A DNA stretch of 54,880 nt, from the IMG/VR virus record IMGVR_UViG_3300025168_000109, positions 1-54,880 of that record; one strand, written 5' to 3'. This stretch comes from a virus. Taxonomy: Duplodnaviria > Caudoviricetes. Below the pieces are notes generated by a model. That model made no database searches and was not told the DNA's origin. It worked only from the letters and a program-made list of their open reading frames with translations. Numbering within the stretch: position 1 is the stretch's first letter; each line of letters starts with the position of its first letter. The position numbers and the translations under genes were made by a program. Shown here one piece after another: positions 53,872 through 54,880 of this stretch.

Positions 53872-54084
53872 TTAATTAATTACAAATTTTAATGTCTCTA
53901 GCAAAGTCTTTTGCAAATAAGCCCAAGCTTCAATTGGTGTCTTGAACTCTCTGGTTCTGACCAATCTCCACTCTTTGGGCCTCTTTCTAAGCTTGTACAA
54001 ATGGGCGACAAATTTACTATCTTTTATAATAACCGCAGGCCAATAGCCATACTTTATTATTTCTTTTATGTCTTCTTCGTACAT
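53872..54084 (-). CDS. Hypothetical protein
   Basis: 70-aa ORF in a co-oriented run of genes. Confidence 0.45.
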   Translation of the reverse strand: MYEEDIKEIIKYGYWPAVIIKDSKFVAHLYKLRKRPKEWRLVRTREFKTPIEAWAYLQKTLLETLKFVIN

Positions 54085-54290
54085 GCAAACTCCTTCTCTA
54101 GTATCTCGAGTAATTTCTTATCACCTACCATAGGTTTTGACCCTCGTAAGTCTTTATACTCTTCAGGTTTAAAGATCATTTTAACTTCAATAATCTCTCC
54201 TCCTAATACATTTCTCTTAACTATCCATCTTCTACCTCTGACAGTTTTATTACGTTTTAGTTGCTCTCTTAAACTCATATCGCTTTCCAT
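54066..54290 (-). CDS. Hypothetical protein
   Basis: 74-aa ORF; the start may be the Met at 54278. Confidence 0.5.
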   Translation of the reverse strand: MESDMSLREQLKRNKTVRGRRWIVKRNVLGGEIIEVKMIFKPEEYKDLRGSKPMVGDKKLLEILEKEFACTKKT

Positions 54291-54538
54291 AAAGTTACAG
54301 TTCTATTTGTTTGCTTATCTTTAAAAGTACCACTATCAGTGACTCTACCTTTATTTACAAGCTCAGTAACTCTGCCAGTAACAGAATTTATTTCCCAACC
54401 TAAATACTTAGCTATCATTCTATTTGTAGCCATGCCTTTAGTTTTAAGTATACTATAAACCTGATCTCTCTTAGATTTTATATTTACTTTAGTTTGTTTA
54501 AATGACGCTAGCTGCGTCTTCCTTATTCGTTTTACCAT
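54275..54538 (-). CDS. Winged helix-turn-helix DNA-binding protein
   Basis: VYSILK...ATNRMIAKYLGWEINSVTGRVTELVNKGRV, followed by a beta-wing. Confidence 0.75.
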   Translation of the reverse strand: MVKRIRKTQLASFKQTKVNIKSKRDQVYSILKTKGMATNRMIAKYLGWEINSVTGRVTELVNKGRVTDSGTFKDKQTNRTVTLWKAI

Positions 54539-54774
54539 ACTAGTCTATTTTTTTTAAGTTGATACTTATCCATATTATTATGAATCTTAGGTTTTAAAAT
54601 GGGGTAAGCAGTAAGCAAATTTTCATATTCTCTGAATTTATTATCTTTAGTTTCAACCTTCCCGCTGAACTTAAAATAATTATCAAACTCTATAAAATTT
54701 TGCCTACATCTTTCCTTCCATTCCATTTCCTCTCTACATTCCTGTACAAAGTACTTAACTAACTCTTTATCCAT
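54532..54774 (-). CDS. Hypothetical protein
   Basis: 80-aa ORF, TAATG-coupled to the upstream ORF. Confidence 0.5.
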   Translation of the reverse strand: MDKELVKYFVQECREEMEWKERCRQNFIEFDNYFKFSGKVETKDNKFREYENLLTAYPILKPKIHNNMDKYQLKKNRLVW

Positions 54775-54878
54775 TAGCTTTTCTTTGCTCTTGGTTTACG
54801 TTTAGCTTTTGGTTTAGATTTAGCTAACTTATCTTCATACTCTAATGCTAAGTCTTGTAACTTCTCATCATTTGTTTT
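54774..54878 (-). CDS. 3' end of a hypothetical protein truncated by the window
   Basis: Open frame ...KTNDEKLQDLALEYEDKLAKSKPKAKRKPRAKKS*, whose TAA overlaps the next ATG. Confidence 0.5.
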   Translation of the reverse strand, partial: KTNDEKLQDLALEYEDKLAKSKPKAKRKPRAKKS

Positions 54879-54880
54879 AG

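Noticed and set aside
53911-54324. 137-aa + strand ORF
   Set aside because: It is antisense to three co-oriented, overlapping - strand genes that fit the operon.
1-54880. Stop-codon reassignment, as seen in some crAss-like phages
   Set aside because: The standard code gives dense, uninterrupted ORFs, including one of 18.5 kb. TAG and TGA both end genes at sensible junctions (for example 7254, 48628, 1508 and 51233).
1-54880. tRNA/rRNA genes, integrase or transposase
   Set aside because: The intergenic spaces are too short or lack a cloverleaf pattern, and I saw no recombinase or transposase motifs.

Overview
The whole window looks like part of an AT-rich lytic phage genome with crAss-like (Crassvirales, phi14:2-type) organisation. 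The likely host is a marine Bacteroidota/Flavobacteriales bacterium; this is inferred from a T9SS-like C-terminal signal, the lack of obvious Shine-Dalgarno motifs and TAnnTTTG promoter elements. The + strand (1-40842) is a late/virion block. It encodes a Cys-repeat protein, an M15 endolysin, tail fibre and LamG proteins, a holin, a metallophosphoesterase, ring/IHF-like/tail-tube/muzzle proteins, four putative ejected cargo proteins and a 6166-aa virion RNA polymerase polyprotein. That polyprotein carries an SF1 helicase, two HExxH zincin domains, the DFDVD RNAP core and a PD-(D/E)xK nuclease. The - strand (40869-54880) is a replication/early-middle block: SF2 helicase, initiator-like protein, DnaB, AAA_24 ATPase, SSB, primase, resolvase-like nuclease, a spore-photoproduct-lyase-like radical SAM enzyme, a VWA/MoxR pair, a 5'-3' exonuclease and an Nmad1-like protein. 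The two blocks converge on a bidirectional terminator. I recognised no capsid, portal, terminase, DNA polymerase, tRNA or CRISPR array. The most notable observations are the polyprotein architecture, a repeated hydrophobic-x-x-GG signal across the cargo proteins, a tail-fibre repeat conserved in protein but heavily recoded in DNA, a phage-borne SPL-like enzyme and a T9SS-tagged protein. All assignments come from reading motifs by eye; no database searches were run.
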